A stretch of 64,000 nucleotides of DNA from the human T2T-CHM13v2.0 reference genome, Homo sapiens: the NCBI RefSeq assembly GCF_009914755.1, contig NC_060928.1; one strand, written 5' to 3'. A program made the translations under genes and the position numbers. The notes below the pieces were generated by a model. The model searched no databases. It was not told where the DNA came from and saw only the letters and a list, made by a program, of their open reading frames with translations. Shown here piece after piece: positions 37,127 to 51,300 of this stretch. Within the stretch, counting starts at the first letter, position 1. Every line of letters begins with the position of its first letter.

Positions 37127-39199
37127 CACAGCTGTTGTTTTCTATTGTTATATTGGTATCTAATTAGCAGTGGCAGTTCTGCATTCTTACCCTTCAAACA
37201 AGAATTTCTGAAACCTCCAGTCAAATGATCATACTGCTGCCCATAATGACCCTAATTTGGGTCTAAATCAATCCTTTTCTCTTCTCATGACAGATATTAG
37301 GCTGCTAAAAAGGGGCCTAAATTCTTAAAAATTATGAACCTCACAGTCATGTAGCACATTTCTATTGAGGAATTCAAGACACTTTGCATTTTTTAATTAC
37401 CTTTAATTTAAAATAATCCTGAGATTTAAGGTGGAAATGGTAGTTTTCTTGCCTACTAAATGGAGAAGGCATGAGCACAGGGCACTTTCATACTAACGCT
37501 CTATTCTGGAAAAATGACACCTAAGCTGGATGCTTGCAAATCAAGCAGATGACAGTGGTAACATACAGCTTGTAAGGTAAATAAATTTTATAGTAAAAAA
37601 TACTGACAAAATATATTACCCTTCAATTTATTATTTTTTTTTTTACTAAAAATTCAGATTTTTATATGTTTAACCTAAGGAAATATGCTTTGCCTGGAAC
37701 TACATTTCTTGTACTAGAATTGTCAGTAGAATCTTCAGTCCAGGGCTGTTTGTCCTGGTTTTGCTGAAAGGTCAGTGACAAATGAACTTCCATTTAAAAC
37801 ATCTAAACTTCTAAGCCCCTCTAGGACTTTTTAGAATATGGGCATCACTTATACTTTTCAATCTTATTTTCTACTATGTGAACCTTTTTCTTTTGCCAAT
37901 GAAGTAAATGTATTGTTAGTTTCCGCATGTCCCAGTTAAACCAATTGGCAGGCAGTACTGAATGCTACGGGCTCAGTACTACCCTTGCCCTATACCAAGA
38001 AGCATGACGTTTAGCAGGTATAAAAGGAACCTTGTTCTTCTGGGGCAGAAGTTACTTTGCTTCTCAGAGCCTGAGTCCCTGAGCTAGACCTCTGGGTACC
38101 AGCCCATTCACAAGCATTTGCCTCCTCATGCCGTATGGAAATCTGCCCCACAGTCTCCTACTGGACTCAAGCCAACCCAAACCCACCCTTTTCTAGCCAA
38201 TCTCTTCTCCCTGGTCTTTGGATCTTCCTCCTTCTTAACATAGCATGCAAAGCTGTCCATGAGTTGCTCTGACAATCTTTATTAATTTCCTGTCTCAACA
38301 TTCATCCTCTAGTAACACACATCTTTTTATCTATACATTTTTCTTGTCTGTAGAATTTTGTTAATGTTGCACTTCTGTCTGGAATGTCTTAGCTGATAAA
38401 ACTTTCACATCTTTGAAGACTCAAGTTAGATGTCAGCACCTCCAGGAACAGTTCTCAGATCTTTCCTGGTCCACAGGCTAGGTGAATTTTCTTCCTTTCT
38501 CTTTCATAATAAATTGAATTGTAATTTCCTGTTTGTGTATATATTTCTAATAACTTCTCTGCTTAGTCCTACCCACTCTAATTTGATTTCAAGTTCTATC
38601 TCCTCTGTGAAGTTTCTGTGACCTCCAAAATCCACATTAATCCCTTCTCTTTTGCATTCCTCTTAGTTTCCAGACCCACACATTGGCCCTTATTTTTCTC
38701 CATGTTGCCAATTTCTAGCCAACCAGACTGTAAGAACAATTATAGTCAATTGGACTATAAGCCTCTCAAGTACAGATGTTTTAACTTAGGGGAGATCTGA
38801 GTTCAGAGCATGTGGGGAGCTCAGTGACACAGACCCCTGGGGAGAGGGGTGGGAATGGCAGGATCAGGTCAGAAATAGATGGGGAAAAGTTGATCCAGGC
38901 TGGCCAGTGCACTATATCCCAGAGACAGAGAGGTCAGAGGTGATTCATGCCAATGTTGGGACCAAGGGATCTGATCTGCTCTGGGGAGTGGGGCAATGTG
39001 GAGGGAATCGGGGCAGCAGGATGGGTATTGTGGTTCCAGTGAAAAAGTCCTTTCCTGATAGGAAGCCAGGCAGGCTGTGGAAGCAGGGAAGGTTCAGGCA
39101 AGATCTAGGTAGAGTGGGAAGAAAGGCTCCTAGTTTAGTAGGAAGTGGGGTGTTGGTCTAGCAGGTTGAGGCAGAAGCCCAAATAAAATGATGGAGGTG

Positions 39200-39415
39200 A
39201 GGAAAAGATGGGAGGAAGTGGAGAAAGGGAGAGAAAAGGAGAAAGGAGGCAGGAGAGGGAAATGAGAAGAAGGTAGAGAAAGGCTGTTAATGAAAGCCTC
39301 AAATGAGTTGAAGGGGAGGGAAGAGAAAGAGAAGGAGGGTAATGGAAGTGAAAGGGAAGAGAGCAGATAAAGCAGAAAAATGATTAAAAGAAAGAAGAAA
39401 CAAAGAGAAGAAAGT
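39200..39415. repeat. GA-rich low-complexity tract
   Basis: Purine-rich + strand. Confidence 0.75.
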
Positions 39416-39867
39416 GAAATCAGAAGCCTCATTCCTGAACACCATCTGCCTGAACAAATTCCCACTAAGTAGTCATGCCAAGGGGTTAGGAACAATCATA
39501 TTATATCTCCCTAAAATCACTATCAGCTCTTATTTCCCAAACACACAATTTGACATGAACAATTGCCATTTTTTCTCATCTTCTGCAGAGTATGAACAAA
39601 AGCATTTTAAGAAAATTTGACTATATATAATTTTTACTCACCATACACCATTATATATACATTTATGTACATTAAATCTATTATGCATACATTATTCATT
39701 TGACACAAATGCAGTGTGATTGCTATAGAAACCCTGCCTTAAAACTAATTCCCTAACTAGCTCACAGAGCCACCTTTTCCCTACCTTAATCACATTATGT
39801 TCTTAAGCCTAAATTCTGTGTGAAATTCTAGGGCTTCCATAGTTCCAGTAGATTTGAGGCTGCCAAC

Positions 39868-40223
39868 TGTATTAGTCTGTTTTTAAGCTGCTGATAAAGA
39901 CATACCCGAGACTAGGCAATTTACAAAAGAAAGAGGTTTATTAGATTGACAGTTCCATGTGGCTGGGGAGGCCTCACAATCATGGTGGAAGGCAAAAGGC
40001 ACTTCTTACACAGCGGGGGCAAGAGAGAAAGAGCTTGTGCAGGGAAACTCCCATTTTTAAAACCATCAGATCTCATGAGACCCATTCACTATCACGAGAA
40101 CAGCACAGGAAAGACACGCTCCCATAATTCAGTCATCTCCCACCAGATACCTCCCACATCACTTGGGAATTACAGGAGCTACAAGACAAGATTTGAGAGG
40201 GGACACAGAGTCAAACCATATCA
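39868..40223 (-). mobile_element. MaLR solo LTR (THE1A/B-like)
   Basis: TGTATTAGTCTG...GCTGATAAAGACATACCCGAGAC...GAGCTTGTGCAGGGAAACTCCC...AAACCATATCA; 5-bp TSD CCAAC/CCGAC. Confidence 0.94.
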
Positions 40224-41849
40224 CCGACACACTTCCTAGCCTCCTTAAAATTGGCTCATCACTGGGCAGAGTAACGATGGAAGGTGGTTGAGAAGGTGGT
40301 CATAATCAGTTTTAATATACATGTAAGAACAGCACCAAGAGTAATGCATTCTTAGCACTTAAATATATTAGGTATAAAATAGATTAATGAAAATAAAACA
40401 ACTTTTAGATGTGCTGCATGGCTGTTACAGCTTAACACATGGTGCTACTTAACATCTATTATTACTTTTATTTTTATTTATTATTTAATGCTTGTACTTT
40501 AATATGCAATATCTTATGTGATTTTGCCAACCACTTATAAGGTAGACAGATCAGGTGTTACAGCCCAGCTTTACTAGTGAGAAAATAAAACTTTGCCTCA
40601 GGGTGTGCACAGGCCCCTGGAGAAGAACACAACCCTGGAAATTCTTCAGTGGCCTAGTTCAGTGTTTTCTGTATGCCTGTGGGCTACAATCAACTAGGTC
40701 AGCAAAATAAAAATGGTTGTTTCTACGTTATTTCTAAATGGCCACAAAATAATACATAGTATGTCCTGACAACCCTCTGGTAAAGGATTTCACAACTATA
40801 TATTGCTTGATATACTTAATTTTTTTTTTTCAGTTTCAGCCAGGGTTTATTTCTGTCCTCTTTCTCCATTATCTTTCAAAATTGGGAAAGTAATACTCAA
40901 CATCTGAAGGCTAAAGGGCCACTGGGAACAAGTGTTCAAAATAAAACTGGCTTCAAAACTGTTCTGAATTTTATTAGTGTGTATAAAACTGACATTTGGT
41001 GGTGACTGTGCATAGTTTGAAAGCTATCCTTTGCTGAAGTGAAAAGACAAGGTAGTAAATCCAGGGGTGGAACTAGGACAGCCAATTTCTAAGTTGCACT
41101 ATGACTCTTGACAAGTCATTTAATATCCATCCCTTGTTATCTTCCAAATGCAAACTGGGGCAACTATGAGATCAAAAATGACAGGGGGCATTGTGATTAC
41201 CAACAATCAAAACTATGTTGAAACAATTTGTCCAGGAGCAGTTTTTCAATATATGAATCAAAATATTGGGTTGATTTAAGGTTTCACAGAGCAGATTTCC
41301 TAAGGGAGACACCATCAATGACATTGCTATTAAGTATTAGACACAAATTCTTATTCAAGAGCAGCAAGACTGCTTTGGGGACTCGGTGATTTTACCAGGA
41401 GACATGCTATAAACATAACTACTGTCGCTGGTGGATCTGTATTAATTCTATTCCCTATGGCCTCCAAAGGATTGCTGAGGAAAATCTTGAGATATTACTT
41501 TGGATTAGACTCAGACAAAAGGTTTTCCTCCAAAAAGCCTAAGTACTGATTGTGCCTCATTCATCTTCTGGAAACCCTGATGAGGCATTTACGAAGCACT
41601 TTCTGGCATATTTTAAATGTGTGAAACCTCAGGGAATAAAGAAATATGTCTAAAGAGATTGTATCTTCTCTCATATCCAGGTTCTTTTTCATCAACTCTA
41701 ACATGATGTTTAGCAACCTTAAATAAGCATTTTATAGAGTTCCACTGAGAAACAGAATAGTCTCCAGACCTTTCACAATTTTACAGATCCTCAGAATAAA
41801 CATGTTAGGATGAAATTTGCTCATAAGCTGAGTCACATTTCAAGTTTAT

Positions 41850-42658
41850 GGTACTCTTTTCTATTGATACTCATTCCTTAGGTGATCTCATCTAGTATTG
41901 ACTTTAAATACCATCGATGTGCTAACACTCCTACATTTATATCTCTGACCCAGACTTCTCCCCTGAACTCCAGACTATACACCCTGTTGCCTACTTCACA
42001 CCTCCATTTAGCTTCCTGAAAGCGTCTCAAATCTAACTTGTGTCAAACCAAATTTCTGTTTGTCTCCCCCAAACCTGTTCTTTTCATAATCTTCTCCAAC
42101 TCCGTCAAAGGCAAATTTATTCTTAAGTTAGTCCAAAAGCTTTGGGTTACTTTTTATTTCTCCTTACCTCACAGCTCATATTAAACTCCTCAGCAATTCC
42201 TATCAGGTTTACTTTTCAAAAGTTATTCAGAATCTGATCACTTTGTGCCAACCCTACCACTACCACGATGGGCCAAGCCACCATTGCCTTTCACCTGAAT
42301 TAATTCTAATTGGTTTCCATGTCTGTTGTTGCCAGTTTTCTGTGTGATTCTTTTAAAATATAAATCAGATGTTGTCATTACTCTACTCAAACCTTTTGGA
42401 ATCTTCCCATCACATGGACGGTAAAAACAAAACAAAACAAAAACCCTAAAAATGATCTACAAATCTTAAAATATCGACAGCCTCCTTCACCTCCTTATTC
42501 TCTTTCCTAATAGCTTTTATCTTATTCCCTCAGGTTTAGATACCAGCCTACTTGCTCTTCCTCCAATATGCAAGTTACACTCTAGTCTCAGGGCCTTTGC
42601 AGTTTTTGTTCCCTTTTCCTGGAACACTCTTTCTCCAGATCTTCTCAAAGTGGCCATC
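41850..42658 (+). mobile_element. L2 LINE fragment
   Basis: CCTTAGGTGATCTCATCTAG...TTTAAATACCATC...CCCAGACTTCTCCCCTGAACTCCAGAC...CTCAGGGCCTTTGCA. Confidence 0.88.
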
Positions 42659-42659
42659 T

Positions 42660-42874
42660 ACACTTGTATCTCAATTTTCATATTCTGAAAATTGCTTCCT
42701 CCCTTCATTGCCGCCTTTGGACTATGGGTAACAAGCAATCTGGAATAATACACTTTCACTTATGGTTTACTCAATTTTCCGTCTTGGCAAATTGTCCTTT
42801 TGCAAATATGCCTGCTTTTAATTGTCCTAATTTAAATGTGCCATCTTTTTCCTGCACTGACCCTGAATAATACA
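42660..42874 (+). mobile_element. 5' LTR (3' half) of ERVL provirus, LTR33-like
   Basis: Ends AATTTAAATGTGCCATCTTTTTCCTGCACTGACCCTGAATAATACA, homologous to the end of the LTR at ~54290-54336; followed by PBS-like TGGTAC. Confidence 0.7.
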
Positions 42875-45800
42875 ACAATTAGTATTGGTACTGGACCAAT
42901 GCTAATTGGTACTGGATATCCTATGGATATCCAAATGGGATCCTGAAAATGAGTCTCTCTAAAATTTATGGAGTACAGGATAAAAATATTGTCAGGGGAA
43001 GGTAGAAATGGGTAATTCATGGCATGGGAAAATATTACTATTATGCCAATGATCATTGATGGGGTAACAGGATGATGTGCAGATTGAGGCATAGCATTGA
43101 GAGATCACTATGGCAAGAGTAGAGAGGATAAAAATTATGGAGTAAACTGGCTTCTTCTTTCTTTCAGGAGAGTACTTAGGGAAGAAAGAAATTAATAGAT
43201 AAAAATTTATATAATACTTTATGTAATATTTATATTAATAATATAATTTTTTTATCATATAAACATTTATAAAATACTTCTTGGAGAACAAGAAGACCTC
43301 AATGGCAGCTTTGAAGAAATTGTCTTATTGTTGCAGGACATAATTGGCTAAGGCTCAAGGTGTGGATTTGGTTATAAGAGATGTGGTATGGCAGCATCAA
43401 TTAAATCTTCAAGTCTGCCAGATTTCTCATCTAAGAAAACTGGGAAGGAAGGAGTTGTACCCTAAGGCAAGAGTTTAAGACATTTGAGCAGACATTGGCA
43501 GAACTGAGACCCTTAAGCTTACAGATTTTTCTGGAAATTCTTTTGCTTGGGGAAGCAGTCTCTGCCCAATCCCCTCACCAAAAGCAGTCCTCTTCTGCAT
43601 AACAGCTTTTCAGTGAGTGATTGAATCTAAGGCAGTAGACTCAGCTTGGTGCTGATTTTCTTTCAGATCCAACCTCATAAACTCTCTTTCCTTTTATGCC
43701 TGTAATGAGAATTATTTTCCAATGACATATTTGAGAAATTCAAACCTGCCTCTGTGAGGAAAGCATATACAAAAGGAAAGACTAGTTGACCAATCTGTAC
43801 CACTCAAGTATTTCCAGTGGGTGCCAAAAAAGTGTAGGAATACATTCTAAAGGTTTTAGAGCATGGGAGAAAAATACAAGGACTGGTCAAGCCAAAGTCA
43901 TTTACATGGTTACACTTGCCTGGAAGGCTACATTTAATATGGCATCTCCAGGACATGAGAATGGCATTAATAGTGTGCTAGCCTTGTTAGTTGAATTCTG
44001 GACTCATCTGTGGAACTTGCGTGGCATATTGCAGAGGAAAAAGACTTAAGGTTTAGGAAGATGGGGCTATTTGAATAAATACAGACAACACTATTTAGCA
44101 ACTCCCCAATCATACACTTTGGGAGGGCCCAAAGGACCCACCATTCACCAAAGCATTAAGAAATGTATTGGGATAGAGCCAGGGGATCCTCCCCCATCCA
44201 GGGAAGCGGTGAGTGAATGAGTGACCCTGGCAAACCACGCTTCTCCCCCAGATCTTTGCAACCCTTGGGTCAGTAGATCTCCTTGTGAGCCCATTCAACC
44301 AGGGTCTTTAGTCTTCAGTCGGACAAACAGAGCTATGTGGAGACATGGCAGAGCAGCCACTCAAGCATGAATGGAGATACTGGAGCCTTAGACACTTGGG
44401 CTTTCTAGCAGAAGTATCTGTAGCTTCAGCAAAGTGGGAGGTTAGATTCCTTTACGTACCCCTAGGAAAGAGGCTGAATGGAGCGGGCTGAGCAACAACA
44501 GCCTGCAATCCCACTTCCATGGCACCTCGCAAGATAAGATCCACTGGCTTGGAATTCCAGCCAGCTACCAGTAGCGGCATTGCACCTCCCTAAGAAGGAG
44601 CTCCGGCGGGAAAGGGCAGGCCACCATCTTTGCTCTTCGGGTATCTTAATGTTCTGGCCTTCATGCTTTGGAGAGTCTGAGCCCACCCAGGGTGGAAGGG
44701 AGCCCCCAGCACAGCACAGCTTCTCTACCAAAACGTGGCCAAACTGCAGCTTTAAGCGGGTGCCTGATCCCATTCCTCCTTACTGGGTGGGACCTCCCAA
44801 ATGGGACTTCCAGACACCCCTGCCCAAGCTCTCCAGCAAACAGGGATCTGAATACCCCCTGGGACAGTGCTCCCAGAGGGAGGCGAGGGCTGCCATCTTT
44901 TCTCTTTTGGTGACTTAGCCATTCCAGTCTTTGGGCTTTGGAGTGTCTAGGGTGACTGGGGACTGAAGTGGACCCCAGCACAGCACAGATGCTCTACCAA
45001 AACATGCTGAGACTGCTTTTTAAAGGAGATCCTGATTCCATTCCTCCTCACTGGGTGGGACCTCCCAACTGGAGACTCCAGACACTTCCTACAGGTGACT
45101 TCGGGGCACCAACAGGTCCATATCTCCCTGGGACAAAGCTCCCAGAGGGAGGAACAGGTTGCCATCTTTGCTGTTTTGTAGCCTTCACAGGTTCCGAAAA
45201 ATCTGAAGTGACTAGGGACTGGAGTGGGCCCCAAGCATATTGCAGCAGCCCTGTGGAAAAGGCCAGACTGTTACGTGGGTGCCCACTCCCATATCTCCTC
45301 ACCAGACAGATCCTCCAGCCACGTCCTGCCAGAGCTATTGAGCAAGTATCAACTCAGCAACTCCCTAGACAGAGTTCAGGGGCAACCAAAAGCCTCTCAG
45401 CCACTGCCTCTGCATGGAACTGCCCTTGCCACTCTCAGACTAATGAAGGAACAAAGACCCTAAGAGCTTTATCCAGACCTCCAATAAGCTAAAATCGGCC
45501 CAAGGATCAGAAGCCAATCTGTCTCCCATGGGTCCCACACCTGCCCCCCATGGCTTGTCAGCTGAGAGGAAACCCCTTACTTGGGTCCAGAGCATTAACC
45601 CTCCATCTTGAGCTGACCACACTGAGCAATTGCTGACCTGTGTCTCTCTGTGGTGGAGCCCCGAGGAGTCAAGCAAATGACCTTTGGCCACAACCACTAC
45701 TAAGATGTATTCCTCTGCTCCCTCTAAGCTGGGGAAAGAACATAAACATTGAGATCACACCAGAGCTGCAGTGGGCAGCCCAGGAGTGCCAAGTCATGAA

Positions 45801-46144
45801 CTAAAGCCAGCACTTAAGGGAGGGGGAGAGGAACCCACACTTTTAGAGCACTGAGAGGGAACACAGCTGCAACTGTGAGGAAAAATAAGGAAGCCACACA
45901 ACCAAGCAAGAGTCTACCAACTGACCAATATGCCTAAGTGTCACCTGCTGGATCACACCCCAAAGCTTCAACACCAAAAACACCTCACTAGCATATGCCC
46001 CTCTGAAACCAGAAACAAGAAGTTAGCTTCAAATAAAGACTCTACATAAAAACTTGGCCCAGTGAAAAGAAGAGACATCCAGAAAATAAGTTTATTGACT
46101 TTACTCAATCTACACTTCAGTTAAAGGAATACCCTCATGCAGAG

Positions 46145-47500
<1,356 letters not shown>

Positions 47501-47560
47501 ACTGTAAAGCAACCACACAACCACACAAACAAGCCAACATAATAAACAGCTAACAGCACA

Positions 47561-50500
47561 ATGACAGTATCAAACCCACACATATCAATACTAACGTTGA
47601 ATGTAAATGGGCTAAATGCCCCACTTAAAAGACACAGAGTGGCAAGCTGAATAAAAAAATGTAAGACTCAATGGTATGCTGTCTTCAAGAGACCCATCTC
47701 ACATGTAATGACACTCATAGGCTCAAAATAAGGGGTGGAGAAAAATCTACCAAGCAAATGGAAAACAGAAAACAGCAAGGGTTGCAATCCTGATGTTAGA
47801 CAAAACAGATTTCAAACCAACAAAGACCAAAAAAGATGAGGAAAGGCATTACATAATGGTAAAGGATTCAATTCAGTAAGATGACCTAACTATCCTAAAT
47901 AAATATGCACCTAACAGGAGCACCCAGATTCATAAAGCAAGTTCTTAGAGACGTACAAAGAGACATACATTCCCACACAATAATAGTGGGAGATTTCAAC
48001 ACTCCACTGACAGTGTTAGACAGATTGTCAAGGCAGAAAATGAACAAAGATATTTAGGACCTAAATTCAGCATTAGACCAAATGGATCTGATAGACCTTT
48101 ACAGAAGTCTCCACCCCAAAACAACAGAATATTCATTCGTCTTATTGCCATACTCATGGCACTTACTCTAAAACTGACCACATAATTGGACATAAAACAA
48201 TCTTCAACAAATGTAAAAGAATTGAAATCATACCAAACATGCTCTTGGGCCACAGTGCAATAAAAATAGAATTCACCACAATAAAAATTGCTCAAAACTG
48301 TACAATTACCTGGAAATTAAACAACATCCTTATGAATTACTTTTGTGTAAATAATGAAATTAATGCAGAAATCAAGAAGTTTTTTGAAAATAATGAGAAC
48401 AAAGGTAACACATACCAGAATCTCTGGGACACAGCTAAGGCAGTGATAATAGGGCAATTCATAGCACTAAATGCCCACATAAAAGTTAGAAAGATCTGAA
48501 ATTAACAACCTAACTTTATAGATGAAAGAATTAGAGAACAAGAACAAATCAACTCCAAAGCTTGCAGAAGATGAGAAAAACAAAAATCAGAGTTGAACAA
48601 AATGAAATCGAGTTACAAAAAAATTATTCAAAAGATCAACAAATTCAGCAATTGGTATTTTGAAAAAAAATAATAAAATAGATAGGCCACTAGCTAGACT
48701 AATCAAGAAAAAAAGAGAGAAGATCCAAATAAACACAATTAGAAATGACAAAGGGAATGTTACTACTGATCCCACAGAAATAAAAACAACCATCAGAAAC
48801 AACTATGAACACCTCTGTGCACACAAACTAGAAAACCTAGAAGAGATGGGCAAATTCTTGGACACATACACACTCCCAAGACTGAGCCAGGAAGATACTG
48901 ATTAACCTGAACAGACCAATAACACTCTCTGAACTGGAATCAGTAATAAATAGCCTACCAATGGAAAAGAGCCCAGGACCAGATGGATTCACAGCTGAAT
49001 TCTATGAGATGTACAAAGAAGAGCTGGTACCATTTCTAGAGAAACTATTCCAAAAATTTGAGGAGGAGAGACTTTTCACCCCACTCATTCTATGAGGCCA
49101 GCATTATCTTGATACCTAAATCTGGTAGAGACACAACAACAACAAAAAAATGTCAGGCCAATATCTGTGATGAATTTAAATGCAAAAATCCTCCACAAAA
49201 TACTTGCAAACCAAACTAGCAGCACATCATAAAGCTAATCCACCATGATCAAGTAGGCTACATCCCTAGGATGCAAGGTTGGCTCAACACACAAAAATCA
49301 ATAAATATGATTCATCACATAAACAGAACTAAAGACAAAAACCACATGATTGTCTCAATAGATGCAGAAAAGGCTTTTGATGAAATTCAACCTCTCTTCA
49401 TGTTAAAAACTCTCAATAAACTATGTATTGGAGGAATATACCTCAAAATAATAAGACCCATAGATGACAAACCCATAGCCAATATCATACTGAATGGGCA
49501 AAAGCTGGAAGCATTCCTCATGAAAATTGGCACAAAACACATATGTCATTTTCACCACTTCTATTTAATATAGTATTGGAAGTCCTAGCCAGAGCAATCA
49601 GGCAAGAGAAAGAAATAAAGGGCATCCAAATAAGAAGAGGGGAAGTCAAACTATCTCTCTTTGCACAACATGATTCTATATCTAGAAAACACCATAGTCT
49701 CAGCCCCAAATCTCCTTCAACTGATAAGCAACTTCAGTAAGGCTGCAGGATACAAAATCAATGTACAAAAATCACTGACATTCCTATACACCAACAACAA
49801 CCAAACTGAGAACCAAATCAGAAAGGCAATCCCATTCACAATTGCCACAATAAAATAAAACTCCTAGGAATACAGCTAACCAGGGAGGTGAAAGATGTCT
49901 ACGATGAGAATTAAAAAACACTGCTCAAATTAATCAGAGAAGACATGAACAAATGAAAAAACATCCCATGCTCATGGATAGGAAGAATCAATTTCATTAA
50001 AATGGCTATACTGCCCAAGGCAATTTATAGATTCAATGCTATTCCTATCAAACTACCAAAAACATTCTTCACAGAACTAGAAAAAAATATTTTAAAATGT
50101 ATATGAAACCAAAAAGGAGTCCAAATAGCCAAGGCAATCCTAAGCAAAAAGAACAAAGTTGGAGAAGTCATGTTACCTGACTTCAAACTATACTACAAGG
50201 CTACAGTGACTAAAACAGCATGGTATTGGTACAAAAACAGGCACATAGACCAATGGAACAGAAAAGTAAGCCCAGAAAGAAGGCCATACATCTACAATCA
50301 TCAGATTTTTTTACAAAGCTGACAAAAACAAGCAATGGGGAAAGGACTCCCTATTCAATAAATGGTGCAGAGATAACTGGCTAGCCATATGCAGAAGATT
50401 GAAGCTGGACAACTTCCTTATACCATATACAAAAATCAACTCAAGATGTATTCAGACTTAAATGTAAGACCCAAAACTATAAAAACTGAAAGATAACCTA

Positions 50501-51300
50501 GGCAATACCATCCTGGCCCTAGGAACAGGCAAAGATTCCATAACAAAGAAGCCAAAAGCAATCACAACAAAAGCAAAATGACAAATGAGATCTAATTAAA
50601 CTAAAGAGCTTCTGCACAGCAAAAGAAACTATCAACAGAGTAAAAAGACAGCCTATAGAATGTAAGAAAATATTTGCAAAATATGCATCTGACAAAGGTC
50701 TAATATCCAGCATCTATAAGGAACTTAAACAAACAACCCCATTAAAAAGTGGACAAAAGACATGAACAGACACTTCTCAAAAGAAAACATACCTGTGGCC
50801 AACAAGCATTTGAAAAAAAGCTCAGTATCACTGATCATTAGAGAAATGCAAGTCAAAACCACAATGAGATATCATCTCAGACTAGTCAAAATGGCTACTA
50901 TTAAAAAGTCAAAAAATGATAGATGCTGATGAGGTTGTGGAGAAAAGGGAACCCTTCTACACAGTTGGCTGGAGTGTTAATTAGTTCAGCCATTGTGGAA
51001 AACAGTTTGGTGATTCCTCAAAGAGCTAAATGCAGAACTACCATTTGACTCAGCAATCCCATTACTGGACATATACCCAGAGGAATAGAAAGCATTATTC
51101 CATAAAGACACATGCACTTGAATGTTCATTGCAGCACTATTCACAATAGCAAAGACATGAAATCAACCTAAATGTCCATCAATGACAGACTGGATAAAGA
51201 AAATGTAGTACAAATACACCATGCATAGTATGCAGCCATACAAAAGAATGAGATCATGTCTTTTGGGGGAACATGGATGGAGCTGGAGGCCATCATCTTA
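47561..51300 (+). pseudogene. L1 ORF2 (endonuclease/RT), fragmented
   Basis: Start MTVSNP then ISILTLNVNGLNAP after a frameshift; ORF-track fragments [33 protein letters not shown]...[38 protein letters not shown]. Confidence 0.92.

Noticed and set aside
44462-45697. Dense overlapping ORFs on both strands, up to 174 aa
   Set aside because: GC-rich, internally repeated L1 5' UTR with few stop codons; shared peptides reflect the 269-bp repeat
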